From assembly GCA_030390025.1 (NCBI GenBank), contig CM059432.1:5766001-5830000 (forward strand): a DNA stretch of 64,000 bases, written 5' to 3'. Positions within the stretch are counted from its first letter, which is position 1, and every line of letters begins with the position of its first letter. The notes under the pieces were generated by a model. The model searched no databases. It was not told the DNA's origin and worked only from the letters and a program-made list of their open reading frames with translations. Source of the stretch: Squalus acanthias (lineage: Eukaryota). Made by a program: the position numbers and the translations under genes. This document shows positions 10,464-24,782 of this stretch, in pieces.

Positions 10464-12055
10464 CATAAGAACATAAGAAGTAAGAGCAGGAGTAGGCCAT
10501 ACGGCCCCTCGAGCCTGCTCCGCCATTCAATAAGATCATGGCTGATCATTGACCTCAACTCCACTTTCCCGCCCGATCTCCATATCACTCGATTCCCCTG
10601 AGTCCAAAAACCTAGCGATCTCAGCCTTGAATATACTCAACGACTCAGCATCCACAGTCCTCTGGGGCAGAGAATTCCAAAGATTCACAACCCTCTGAGT
10701 GAAGAAATTCCTCCTTATCTCAGTCCTAAATGGCCGACCCCTTATCCTGAGACTATGCCCCCTAGTTCTAGACACTCCAGCCAGGGGGAAACAGCCTCTC
10801 AGCACCTACCTTTTCAATCCCCTTCAGAATCTTGCATGTTTCAATGAGATCACCTCGCATTCTTCTAAACTCCAGAGTATAGGCCCATTCTACATAATCT
10901 CTCATCATAGGACAGCCCTCTCATCCCAGGAATCAATCTAGTGAATCTTCGTTGCACCGCCTCCAAGGCAAGTATATCCTTCCTTAGATAAGGAGACCAA
11001 AACTGTGCACAGTACTCCAAGTGTGTGATCTCACCAAGGCCCTGTACAATTGTAGCAAGACTTCCTTACTCTTAAACTCCAACCCCCTTGCAATAAAGGC
11101 CAACATGCCATTTTCCTTCCTTATTGCTTGCTGTACCTGCATGCTAGCTTTCGGTGTTTCTTGCACGAGGACACCCAAATCTCTCTGAACACCAACATTT
11201 GAAAGTTTCTCACCATTTAAAAAATATTCTGTTTTTCTATTCTTCCTACCAAAGTGAATAACCTCACATTTCCCTACATTATACTCCATCTGCCACCTTA
11301 CTGCCCACTCACTTAGTCTATCTATATCCCTTGGCAGACTCTTTGGGCTGGATTTTGATACTGGGGCGGGTTGGGGTCGTGTCATCCACTTTTCGTGTTA
11401 TCCACCCGACTGCAATTGGATGTGGGAAATTGATGCGATTTTCATCTAATTGGGCAATTGAGTTCCAGCATGTGGGAACCCATGACCCAATTAGTGTTTT
11501 AAGTCTGAAAGTCGCCTCTGATGATGTCATCATTGCTGCTGCATTGAAGGTCGACAAAGACTGCCTGGCCTTTGCAGTGAGAGGACCTGCAAAATGAGCA
11601 GCAGCAGTTCTAAGTCTGCTCCCAGATATTTTTACACCACCACTCCCAGATATGTCTCCTCTCCATCCATCCATATATACATCCATCCACATAGCCATCC
11701 GTATATGCATCCCCATAGCCAGCCAGCCCGCCCACCCGGTTTCACATTCATGGTTCACAACTGGCGTGCTTCACGTACAAAAAGGGTTAAAATCACAAAA
11801 GCCTTTCAAAATGGCATTATAGAGGCTATTTAGTGCTTGTTAAGGGCCTTAACAGCCTATCCTGCCTCTTAGAGGTGGGACCAGCAGACACGATTTAATG
11901 AAAATTGCGTGGAGGCGGGATGGAGGCGGACTTGTGCCCGCCCGCCAGTTTTCGCAATTTTAACCCCCCACACGCCTCCAAGGGTCAATGAAAATCCAGC
12001 CCTTTGTGTTCTCCTCACAGCTTACTGTCCCACCTAGCTTTGTATCATCAGCAAA
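10464..12055 (-). mobile_element. CR1 3' portion interrupted by a MITE
   Basis: FADDTKLGG (12003-12055) resumes as DIDRLSEWAVRWQMEYNVGKC; ttcttatg tail near 10464. Confidence 0.88.
11345..12002. mobile_element. PIF/Harbinger-like MITE (family M1, copy 1)
   Basis: TIR gggctggatttt / aaaatccagccc; 3-bp TSD ttt. Confidence 0.85.
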
Positions 12056-12493
12056 GATACGAGAGAGAGAGAAGAACGTGGAAGGATTTAAGAAGAGGAA
12101 CAGAGGCTGAAAGCAGGCGGAAGAAAACATTTCATGAAAAGTAAAACTTAAAGAAAGGTAAAGCTTGTGATCTACTTTTAAAATAAAAACTCGCCTTTGA
12201 CGAACGGGACAAGATGTGTAAGGACAGTTAGTGTTAGGGAAATCTGCAATTGCTACAGTGCCAACTGAATAATCAAATGACTCATCCAAAACTTCTATCA
12301 GTGAAACATGCAGAAGAAAAAATTTAAAACAACTTTAAAAAAAGCATGTTTTACACAGCCTCTTGTTGTATCTCATTTTATAGATGCATGTTTATTATGC
12401 ATCGTTGGGTTATGAAAATTAAGTTTCTTTAGAAATGGAACTACTGTACATGGAAAGGGTTAAATACCATGCCAATTACAAAAAGAGTGTATG

Positions 12494-12746
12494 CCACCAT
12501 TGGCGGCCGTGCCTTCAGCTGCCTGGGCCCTAGGCTCTGGAATTCCCTCCCTAAACCTCTCCGCCTCTCTCTCCTCCTTTAAGACGCTCCTTAAAACCTA
12601 CCTCTTTGACCAAGCCTTTGATCACCTGCCCTAGTATCTCCTGATGTGACTCGGTGTCAAATTTTGTTTGATAATCGCTCCTGTGAAGCGCCCTGGGATG
12701 TTTTACTCTGCTAAAGGTGCTGTATAAATACAAGTTGCTGTTGTTG
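12494..12746 (+). mobile_element. L2-type LINE 3' end
   Basis: ccaccattggcggccgtgccttcagc...ctctggaattccctccc...tataaatacaagttgctgttgttg. Confidence 0.75.
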
Positions 12747-12895
12747 AATGCAGAGGAATGTGGGTCGCAGGTGTAACAGCTTCAATAAGATTGAAAATAA
12801 TGAGCTGTTGAAAAGTACAGTAGTAAGTAAAAGAATCTTGAGAATTATTAAAAATGAAGATCTAAAAAAAACTTTCGAAAGCGTTTAAAGATAAG

Positions 12896-13515
12896 ATCAT
12901 AGAATCAGAGAATCATAGAAATATACAGCACAGAAGGAGGCCATTTGGCCCAGCTTGTCCGTGCCGGCCGACAAAGAGCTCTCCAGCCTAATCCCACTTT
13001 CCAGCTCTTGGTCCGTAGCCCTGTAGGTTACGGCACTTCAAGTGCCTATCCAAGTACTTTTTAAATGTGATGAGGGTTTCTGCCTCTACCACCCTTTCAG
13101 GCAGTGAGTTCCAGACCCCCACCACCCTCTGGGTGAAAACATTTCTCCTCAAATCCCCTCTGAACGTCCGACCAGTTACTTTAAATCTGTGTCCCCTGGT
13201 TATTGACCTCTCTGCTAAGGGAAATAGGTCCTTCCTATCCACTCTATCTAGGCCCCTCATAATTTTAGACACCTCAATTAGGTCTCCCCGTCAGCCTCCT
13301 CTGTTCCAAAGAAAACAACCCCAGCCTATCCAATCATTCCTCATAGCTAAAATTCCCCAGCCCAGGCAACATCCTGGTAAATCTCCTCTGCACCCCCTCT
13401 AGTGTAATTGTGGTGACCAGAACTGCACGCAGGACTCTAGCTGCGACCTAACTAGCATTTTATACAGTTCAAGCATAACCCCCCTGCTCTTATATTCTAT
13501 GCCTCGACTAATAAG
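12896..13515 (-). mobile_element. CR1 3' fragment
   Basis: KIMRGLDRVDRKDLFPLAE...VWNSLPER; attctatg tail. Confidence 0.87.
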
Positions 13516-13709
13516 GAAGAAAATTGGTAGTAAACGAGACGGTTATAAAAATTCAAAGGAAATCGGGAAGCTTACTGTCGTCGGACAAGAACAGACCAGG
13601 AACTTCATAGATGGCTTAAACTGAGCGGGGCATAGAAGAGCTGACGGATCGATTGGGCAGAAAGACCCAGAAACTCTCGGCGGGAAAGCAAACGGGAAGT
13701 TACTGAGAA

Positions 13710-13905
13710 TTATAGAATTTTACAGCACAGAAACAGGCCAGTCGGCCCAACTGATCCACACCAGCCACCTCCCACCCTGACTTCATCTCGCCCCATCAGC
13801 ACACCCTTCTACTCCTTTCTCCCTCATGTGTTTATCTAGCTTCCCCTTAAATGCATCTCTGCTATTCGCCTCAACCACTCCCTGTGGTAGCGAGTTCCAC
13901 ATTCT
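13710..13905 (-). mobile_element. Degraded CR1 3' end
   Basis: agaatgtggaactcgctaccacagggagtggttgagg...ttgggccga...ttctata. Confidence 0.7.
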
Positions 13906-14454
13906 CTGGGCTGTACTTCATACTTATGCTGAGATATCCAATGATTATAAATAAACTCAGAAATAAAAGAGGGAGAAAGAAATGGATGGATGTGTGGATA
14001 GTTTGGGCGGATGTTCGTGTGGTGCACACACACTGGCGTAGACCTGTTCCTGCCCTGTAAACTCCTCGGAGTTCTCTGTAAACTCGAGTCTCCCTCTGTT
14101 CCTGTGTCACATTGAAACCAAATAAACGCCACAGACAAGCCTGTAATTGGTTTGGGAGATGTAAGATACGTGAACTGTCACAGACAGATTTGTTGTAATT
14201 ACACAACACTACTTCAACATTATGTTACTGTAATACGCAGCTGCGTTTGTGCAAATCAGATTTGCTAAAATTCTAGTTTCTGGCCACAATTATTTTCAAC
14301 TTAAAAGAAACACAGCTCCCAAGGGACGAGGAGCCACACAGCGTTAATTCAGTCAGCACAGAGTTTGTAATCAGTTCGCTGGAAATGAAGAGCGCTACCA
14401 CCGAGAGCAGCACAGCTGTTATTGAGATCACAGGTACACGTGCTGTCTTCGTCA

Positions 14455-17400
14455 CCCACTCACTCACCCACACACAACCGCACTCAAAACCGCACTCACC
14501 CACTCACACCCGCACTCAAAACCCCACTCACCCACACATAACCGCACTCAAAACCCCACTCACCCACACACAACCGCACTCAAAACCCCACTCACCCACT
14601 CACAACCGCACTCAAAACCCCCACTCACTCGCCCACACCCGCACTCACTCACTCACTCCCGCACTCACTCACTCACTCCCGCACTCAAAACCCCACTCAC
14701 ATCCTCACTCATCCACACACAACTGCACTCAAAACCCCACTCACCCACTCACACCCGCACTCAAAACCGCACTCACCCACTCACACCCGCACTCAAAACC
14801 CCACTCACCCACTCACTCATCCACACACAACCGCACTCAAAACCCCACTCACCCACTCACACCCGCACTCACTCACTCACACCCGCACTCAAAACCCCAC
14901 TCACCCACTCACTCATCCACACACAACCGCACTCAAAACCCCACTCACCCACTCACACCCGCACTCACTCACTCACACCCGCACTCACTCACTCACTCCC
15001 GCACTCACTCACTCACACCCGCACTCACTCACTCACACCCGCACTCACTCACTCACACCCACACTCACTCACTCACACCCACACTCACTCACACCCACAC
15101 TCACTCACTCACACCCGCACTCAAAACCCCACTCACTCACTCACTCCCGCACTCACTCACTCACACCCACACTCACTCACTCACACCCACTCACTCACTC
15201 ACACCCACACTCACTCACTCACACCCACACTCAAAACCCCACTCACCCACTCACACCCGCACTCACTCACTCACACCCGCACTCACCCACTCACACCCGC
15301 ACTCACCCACTCACACCCGCACTCACTCACTCACTCACCCACACACAACCGCACTCAAAACCCCACTCACCCACTCACTCACCCACACACAACCGCACTC
15401 AAAACCCCACTCACCCACTCACACCCGCACTCACTCACTCACTCCCGCACTCACTCCCGCACTCACTCACTCCCGCACTCAAAACCCCACTCACCCACTC
15501 ACACCCGCACTCACTCACTCACTCCCGCACTCACTCCCGCACTCACTCACTCCCGCACTCAAAACCCCACTCACCCACTCACACCCGCACTCACTCACTC
15601 ACTCCCGCACTCACTCCCGCACTCAAAACCCCACTCACTCACTCACACCCGCACTCACTCACTCACTCCCGCACTCACTCACTCACACCCGCACTCACTC
15701 ACTCACACCCACACTCACTCACTCACACCCGCACTCACTCACTCACACCCGCACTCACTCACTCACTCCCGCACTCACTCACTCACACCCGCACTCACTC
15801 ACTCACACCCGCACTCACTCACTCACTCCCGCACTCACCCACTCACTCACTCACACCTGCACTCACTCACTCACACCCGCACTCACTCACTCACACCCGC
15901 ACTCACCCACTCACTCACTCACACCCGCACTCACTCACTCACACCCGCTCTCACTCACTCACACCCGCACTCACTCACTCACACCCGCACTCACTCACTC
16001 ACTCACACCCGCACTCACTCACTTACACCCGCACTCACTCACTCACTCACACCCGCACTCACTCACTCACACCCGCACTCACTCACTCACACCCGCTCTC
16101 ACTCACTCACACCCGCACTCACTCACTCACACCCGCACTCACTCACTCACACCAGCACTCACCCACTCACTCACTCACACCCGCACTCACTCACTCACTC
16201 ACACCCGCACTCACTCACTCACACCCGCACTCACTCACTCACACCCGCACTCACTCACTCACACCCGCACTCACTCACTCACACCCGCACTCACTCACTC
16301 ACACCCGCACTCACTCACTCACACCCGCACTCACTCACTCACTCACACCCGCACTCACTCACTCACACCCGCACTCACTCACTCACACCCGCACTCACTC
16401 ACTCACACCCGCACTCACTCACTCACACCCGCACTCACTCACTCACACCCGCACTCACTCACTCACACCCGCACTCACTCACTCACACCCGCACTCACTC
16501 ACTCACTCACCCACTCACTCACTCACACCCGCACTCACTCACTCACACCCGCACTCACTCACTCACACCCACACTCACTCACTCACAACTGCACTCACTC
16601 ACTCACACCCGCACTCACTCACTCACACCCACACTCACTCACTCACTCCCGCACTCACTCACTCACTCACACCCGCACTCACTCACTCACACCCGCACTC
16701 ACTCACTCACACCCGCACTCACTCACTCACACCCGAACTCACTCACTCACACCCGCACTCACACACTCACACCCGCACTCACTCACTCACACCCGCTCTC
16801 ACTCACTCACACCCGCACTCACTCACTCACTCACACCCGCACTCACTCACTCACACCCGCACTCACTAACTCACACCCGCACTCACTCACTCACACCCGC
16901 TCTCACTCACTCACACCCGCACTCACTCACTCACACCCGCACTCACTCACTCACACCCGCACTCACTCACTCACTCACACCCGCACTCACTCACTCACAC
17001 CCGCACTCACTCACTCACTCACACCGCACTCACTCACTCACACCCACTCTCACTCACTCACACCCGCACTCACTCACTCACACCAGCACTCACCCACTCA
17101 CTCACTCACACCCGCACTCACTCACTCACACCCGCACTCACTCACTCACACCCGCACTCACTCACTCACACCCGCACTCACTCACTCACACCCGCACTCA
17201 CTCACTCACACCCGCACTCACTCACTCACACCCGCACTCACTCACTCACACCCGCACTCACTCACTCACTCACCCACTCACTCACTCACACCCGCACTCA
17301 CTCACTCACACCCGCACTCACTCACTCACACCCGCACTCACTCACTCACACCCGCACTCACTCACTCATACCTGCACTCACTCACTCACACCCGCACTCA

Positions 17401-20400
17401 CTCACTCACACCCGCACTCACACACTCACACCGCACTCACTCACAACCCCCGCACTCACTCACTCACACCGCACTCTCCTCACTCACACCCGCACTCACT
17501 CACTCACACACCGCACTCACTCACTCACTCACACCCGCACTCACTCACTTTCCACCCGCACTCACTCACTCACTACACCCGCACTCACTCACTCACACCC
17601 GCACTCACTCACTCACACCCGCCTCTCACTCACTCACACCCGCACTCACTCACTCACACCCGCACTCACTCACTCACTCCAGCACGCACCCACTCACTCA
17701 CTCACACCCGCACTCACTCACTCACTCACACCCGCACTCACTCACTCACACCCGCACTCACTCACTCACACCCGCACTCATCACTCACCCCGCACTCACT
17801 CACTCACTCACACCCGCACTCACTCACTCACACCCGCACTCACTCACTCACACCCTGCACTCATTCTCACTCACACTCCGCACTCACTCACTCACTCACC
17901 CACTCACTCACTCACACCCGCACTCACTCACTCACACCCGCACTCACTCACTCACACCCGCACTCACTCACTCACACCCGCACTCACTCACTCACACCCG
18001 CACTCACTCACTCACACCCGCACTCACTCACTCACACCCGCACTCACTCACTCACACCCGCACTCACTCACTCACACCCGCACTCACTCACTCACACCCG
18101 CACTCACTCACTCACACTCGCACTCACTCACTCACACCCGCACTCACTCACTCACACCCGCACTCACTCACTCACACCCGCACTCACTCACTCACTCACA
18201 CCCGCACTCACTCACTCACACCCGCACTCACTCACTCACACCCGCACTCACTCACTCACACCCGCACTCACTCACTCACACCCGCACTCACTCACTCACA
18301 CCCGCACTCACTCACTCACACCCGCACTCACTCACTCACACCCGCACTCACTCACTCACACCCGCTCTCACTCACTCACACCCGCACTCACTCACTCACA
18401 CCCGCACTCACTCACTCACTCACACCCGCACTCACTCACTCACACCCGCACTCACTCACTCACACCCGCACTCACTCACTCACACCCGCTCTCACTCACT
18501 CACACCCGCACTCACTCACTCACACCCGCACTCACTCACTCACACCCGCACTCACTCACTCACTCACACCCGCACTCACTCACTCACACCCGCACTCACT
18601 CACTCACACCCGCACTCACTCACTCACACCCGCACTCACTCACTCACACCCGCACTCACTCACTCACACCCGCACTCACCACTCACTCACTCACACCCGC
18701 ACTCACTCACTCACACCCGCACTCACTCACTCACACCCGCACTCACTCACTCACACCCGCACTCACTCACTCACACCCGCACTCACTCACTCACACCCGC
18801 ACTCACTCACTCACACCCGCACTCACTCACTCACACCCGCACTCACTCACTCACACCCACTCACTCACTCACACCCGCACTCACTCACTCACACCCGCAC
18901 TCACTCACTCACACCCGCACTCACTCACTCACACCCGCACTCACTCACTCACACCCGCACTCACTCACTCACACCCGCACTCACTCACTCACACCCGCAC
19001 TCACTCACTCACACCCGCACTCACTCACTCACACCCGCTCTCACTCACTCACACCCGCACTCACTCACTCACACCCGCACTCACTCACTCACACCCGCAC
19101 TCACTCACTCACACCCGCACTCACTCACTCATACCCGCACTCACTCACTCACACCCGCACTCACTCACTCACACCCGCACTCACTCACTCACACCCGCAC
19201 TCACTCACTCACACCCGCACTCACTCACTCACACCCGCACTCACTCACTCACACCCGCACTCACTCACTCACACCAGCACTCACTCACTCACACCCGCAC
19301 TCACTCACTCACACCCGCACTCACTCACTCACACCCGCACTCACTCACTCACACCCGCACTCACTCACTCACACCCGCACTCACTCACTCACACCCGCAC
19401 TCACTCACTAACACCCGCACTCACTCACTCACACCCGCACTCACTCACTCACACCCGCACTCACTCACTCACACCCGCACTCACTCTCTCACACCCGCAC
19501 TCACTCACTCACACTCGCACTCACTCACTCACACCCGCACTCACTCACTCACACCCGCACTCACTCACTCACACCCGCACTCACTCACTCACTCACACCC
19601 GCACTCACCCACTCACACCCACACTCACTCACTCACACCCGCACCTCACTCACTCACTCACACCCGCACTCACTCACTCACTCCCGCACTCACACACCCG
19701 CCACTCACTCACACCGCACTCACTCACTCCTCACTCACTCACTCACTCACACCCGCACTCACTCACTCACACCCGCACTCACTCACTCACACCCGCACTC
19801 ACTCACTCACACCTGCACTCACTCACTCACACCCGCACTCACTCACTCACACCCGCACTCACTCACTCACACCTGCACTCACTCACTCACTCCCGCACGC
19901 ACTCACTCACACCTGCACTCACTCACTCACACCCGCACTCACTCACTCACTCCCGCACTCACTCACTCACTCCCGCACTCACTCACTCACACCCGCACTC
20001 ACTCACTCACACCCGCACTCACTCACACCTGCACTCACTCACTCACTCACACACACACTCACTCACTCACTCCCGCACTCACTCACTCATTCACTCACAC
20101 CCGCACTCACTCACTCACACCCACACTCACTCACTCACTCACTCCCGCACTCACTCACTCACACCCGCACTCACTCATTCACTCACACCCGCACTCACTC
20201 ACTCACACCCACACTCACTCACTCCCGCACTCACTCACTCACACCCGCACTCACTCATTCACTCACACCCGCACTCACTCATTCACTCACACCCGCACTC
20301 ACTCATTCACTCACACCTGCACACACTCACTCACACCTGCACTCACTCACTCACTCACACACACACTCACTCACTCACTCCCGCACTCACTCACTCACAC

Positions 20401-22695
20401 CCGCACTCACTCATTCACTCACACCCGCACTCACTCACTTACACCCGCACTCACTCACTCACTCACACCCGCACTCACTCACTCACCCCCGCACTCACTC
20501 ACTCACACCCCCACTCACTCACTCACACCCGCACTCACTCACTCACACCCGCACTCACTCACTCACACCCGCACTCACTCACTCACAACTGCACTCACTC
20601 ACTCACACCCGCACTCACTCACTCACACCCACACTCACTCACTCACACCCACACTCACTCACTCACTCCCGCACTCACTCACTCACACCCACACTCACTC
20701 ACTCACACCCGCACTCACTCACTCACACCCGCACTCACTCACTCACACCCGCACTCACTCACTCACACCCGCACTCACTCACTCATACCCGCACTCACTC
20801 ACTCATACCCGCACTAACTCACTCACTCCCGCACTCACTCACTCACACCCGCACTCACTCACTCACACCCGCACTCACTCACTCACACCCGCACTCACTC
20901 ACTAACACCCGCACTCACTCACGCACACCTGCACTCACTCACTCACTCACACCCGCACTCACTCACTCACACCCGCACTCACTCACTCACTCCCGCACTC
21001 ACTCACTCACACCCGCACTCACTCACTCACTCCCGCACTCACTCACTCACACCCGCACTCACTCACTAACACCCGCACTCACTCACTCACACCCGCACTC
21101 ACTCACTCACACCCGCACTCACTCACTCACACCCGCACTCACTCACTCACACCCGCACTCACTCACTCACACCCGCACTCACTCACTCACACCCGCACTC
21201 ACTCACTCACACCCGCACTCACTCACTCACTCACACCCGCACTCACCCACTCACACCCACACTCACTCACTCACTCCCGCACTCACTCACTCACTCACAC
21301 CCGCACTCACTCACTCACTCCCGCACTCACACCCGCACTCACTCCCGCACTCACTCACTCCTGCACTCACTCACTCACTCACACCCGCACTCACTCACTC
21401 ACACCCGCACTCACTCACTCACACCCGCACTCACTCACTCACACCTGCACTCACTCACTCACACCCGCACTCACTCACTCACACCCGCACTCACTCACTC
21501 ACACCTGCACTCACTCACTCACTCCCGCACGCACTCACTCACACCTGCACTCACTCACTCACACCCGCACTCACTCACTCACTCCCGCACTCACTCACTC
21601 ACTCCCGCACTCACTCACTCACACCCGCACTCACTCACTCACACCCGCACTCACTCACTCACACCCACACTCACTCACTCATACCCGCACTAACTCACTC
21701 ACTCACACCCGCACTCACTCACTCACACCCACACTCACTCACTCACTCCCGCACTCACTCACTCACTCCCGCACTCACTCACTCACACCCGCACTCACTC
21801 ACACCCGCACTCACTCACACCTGCACTCACTCACTCACTCACACACACACTCACTCACTCACTCCCGCACTCACTCACTCACACCCGCACTCACTCATTC
21901 ACTCACACCCGCACTCACTCACTCACACCCACACTCACTCACTCACTCACTCCCGCACTCACTCACTCACACCCGCACTCACTCATTCACTCACACCCGC
22001 ACTCACTCACTCACACCCACACTCACTCACTCACTCCCGCACTCACTCACTCACACCCGCACTCACTCATTCACTCACACCCGCACTCACTCATTCACTC
22101 ACACCCGCACTCACTCATTCACTCACACCTGCACACACTCACTCACACCTGCACTCACTCACTCACTCACACACACACTCACTCACTCACTCCCGCACTC
22201 ACTCACTCACACCCGCACTCACTCATTCACTCACACCCGCACTCACTCACTCACACCCACACTCACTCACTCACTCACTCCCGCACTCACTCACTCACAC
22301 CCGCACTCACTCATTCACTCACACCCGCACTCACTCACTCACACCCACACTCACTCACTCACTCACTCCCGCACTCACTCACTCACACCCGCACTCACTC
22401 ATTCACTCACACCCGCACTCACTCATTCACTCACACCCGCACTCACTCATTCACTCACACCTGCACACACTCACTCACACCTGCACTCACTCACTCACAC
22501 CTGCACTCACTCACTGACTCACGCTCTCACTCATGCATGCACACACTCACGCTCACACTCACGCACACACTCACGCTCGCACACACTCACGCTCACGCAC
22601 TCACTCATGCACGCACACACTCACGTTCACACACACACTCACTCACGCACTCACTCATGCACGCACACACTCACTCACTCACTCACGCACTCACT
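14455..22695 (+). repeat. Minisatellite, core unit CACTCACTCACTCACACCCG (20 bp), about 8.2 kb
   Basis: Directly visible tandem array with variant units, degenerating to (CA)n/CACG repeats at the right end. Confidence 0.97.
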
Positions 22696-23379
22696 GAAAG
22701 CCAATGCAGACACACAGACAGATGCATATGTGGGCTCAAACATACACTCCTACACAGACTCACACACATGCAGGTATACTCTCACACCCTCGCAAACAGG
22801 ACGTCAAACAGCTGTTCAAACGTACCATGATTAGAAGAATGTCACACTAATGGTGCTGGCATTTGGCCAAGACACACAAGATTGATTGGCAGCAAAGAGC
22901 ACGCTAATGTTAGAATAATTACCCACCCAACCTTGAGGGGTTGGCTGGAATCTCAGATCTATCGATTGTGGTTCTGTGGTCTGTGACCAGAAGCTAGAAG
23001 TACCAGGGGAAAAAAAGGTAGAAACTCAGGAACTTGCATATAGAGGCTGGTAAATCAACATTAGATGGGCGAGAATGACAGAATATTATAATGTCTGATT
23101 GAAAACCAGAACAGTTAGTGAAGACAGCGTAGAACTAGGGAAGGCTGAAGAGCATTGACTTTCTTGCGTTACCCAGAGTAGCATCACGTTCAGCAATGAG
23201 GTGAGCAGCATCCAGCAGACCATTTCATCCCTGTCCCCAAATAGTTTTTTTTTTCCCCTTTCAGTGATCTCCCCCCCTGTCCTGAAGGCATGACTCCTGG
23301 TGTGAGCTGGCGCTAAAAGCACCTGTGATCCCTCTGATACCTCACACAAGTGTGTCAGCCCCAAAGTCCTGATACTACC

Positions 23380-23505
23380 CTTGTAAATCTTTTTGGCACT
23401 TTCTCCAGTACCTCTATGTCCTTTTTATAGTATGGAGATCAGAACTGTGCACCGTACTCTAAGCGCAGCCTGACCAGGGTCCTACACAAGTTTAACATAA
23501 CTTCA
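23380..23505 (-). mobile_element. CR1 ORF2 fragment
   Basis: EVMLNLCRTLVRLRLEYGAQF. Confidence 0.65.
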
Positions 23506-23506
23506 A

Positions 23507-24135
23507 AAAAGGCTAATGGAATGTTGGCCTTTATCTCAAGAGGGCGGGAATACAAAGGGGTGGAAGTGATGTTACAGTTATACAAAGCTCTGGTTAGACC
23601 CCATTTAGAGTCACTGCATTCAGTTCTGGGCCCCACACCTCAGGAAGGATATATTGGCCTTGGAGGGGGAGCAGCGCAGATTCACCAGAATGATATCGGA
23701 GCAGGTAGGGTTAAATTATGAGGCCAGGTTGCACAGACTAAGGCATGTATTCCCTCGAGTATAGATTAAGGGACAATCCAATTAAGGTGTTTAAGATGAT
23801 TATAGGACTTGATAAGGTAGAAACTATTTCCTCTGGTGAGGGAGCCCAGATCAAGCGGGCGTAACCTTAAAATTAGAGCCAGGCCGTTCAGGGGTGATGT
23901 CAGGAAGCACTTCTTCTCACAAAGGGTAGTGGAAATCAGGAACTCTCTCCAGTTAAAAAGTTGTTGAGGATGGGGGGGGTCAATTGAAATTTCAAAACTG
24001 AGATTGAGCTATTTTTGATAGGTAAGAGATCTGGAACCATGGTGGGTAGATGGAGTTAAGATACAGAGCAGCCATGACCTAGTTGAATGGCGGAATAGGC
24101 TCGAGGGGCTGGATGGCCTGCTCCTGTTCCTATGC
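23507..24135 (+). mobile_element. CR1 3' fragment (degraded)
   Basis: MLAFISRGREYKGVEVMLQLYKALVRPHLE, then the 3' UTR ending cctgttcctatg. Confidence 0.82.
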
Positions 24136-24156
24136 TGTCATGTTAATTGACTGTGA

Positions 24157-24651
24157 AGGCATCACATGCCAACCTGACCCTTTCCTCACCCAACATCCGT
24201 GAGTACATTTTCCAGCAGGCTTCAATGAATATTCGTATTTCCTCCCAACCTCCCAAACTGAAGGATGCGGAGTCCAATTTTAGCACTTACGCCGCTCCCC
24301 TGACTGAGATCATCTAGCGGCCCAGGCCAGAGATGGAATCATAGAACTCGACAGCACCGAAGGAGGCCATTCAGCCCACCATGCCTGTGCCGGCTCTTAG
24401 AATGAGCTGTCCAATCAGTCCCACTCCCCACTCTTTCCCCGTAGCCCTGCACATGTCTCCTTTTCAAATATTGCCTTTTGTAAGTTACTATTGAATCTGC
24501 TTCCACTGCCCCGTTCAGGCAGCACATTCCAGACCACAACAACTCGCTGTGTGAAAAAATTTCCCCTCAGCTCCCCTCTGGAATCCGGGATCTTCCTGTT
24601 CTCTCTGGCACAGTGCAACAACAGGTCATGTCATTTGCCCAGTGAGCCATC
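24157..24651 (-). mobile_element. Old degraded tRNA-headed SINE-like element, interrupted by a CR1 3' end at 24336-24577
   Basis: A head-like gatggctcactgggcaaatg on the minus strand, and a body loosely resembling 47010-47290. The internal CR1 piece (FFTQRVVVVWNVLP) is clear. Confidence 0.4.
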
Positions 24652-24782
24652 ACCTTCCAAACATGGTGCCCAAGCATCGTTGGTTTATGAATCTCTGGTT
24701 TAAATCGAAGGCCAAACTCGAATGCACTAGTGGGTCTGTAACACAGAGCGGTGGGGAGGAAGTTGGCTGCACTGCAAAGCCA

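Noticed and set aside
14385..22517. 2710-aa His/Thr/Ser/Leu/Pro-rich ORF
   Set aside because: It is a translation of the 20-bp minisatellite, whose unit has no stop codon in any plus-strand frame. It is antisense within a NIPAL2 intron and has no domain content.
14455..22695. CRISPR-like array
   Set aside because: There are no unique spacers and no cas genes. This is a plain tandem repeat in vertebrate DNA.
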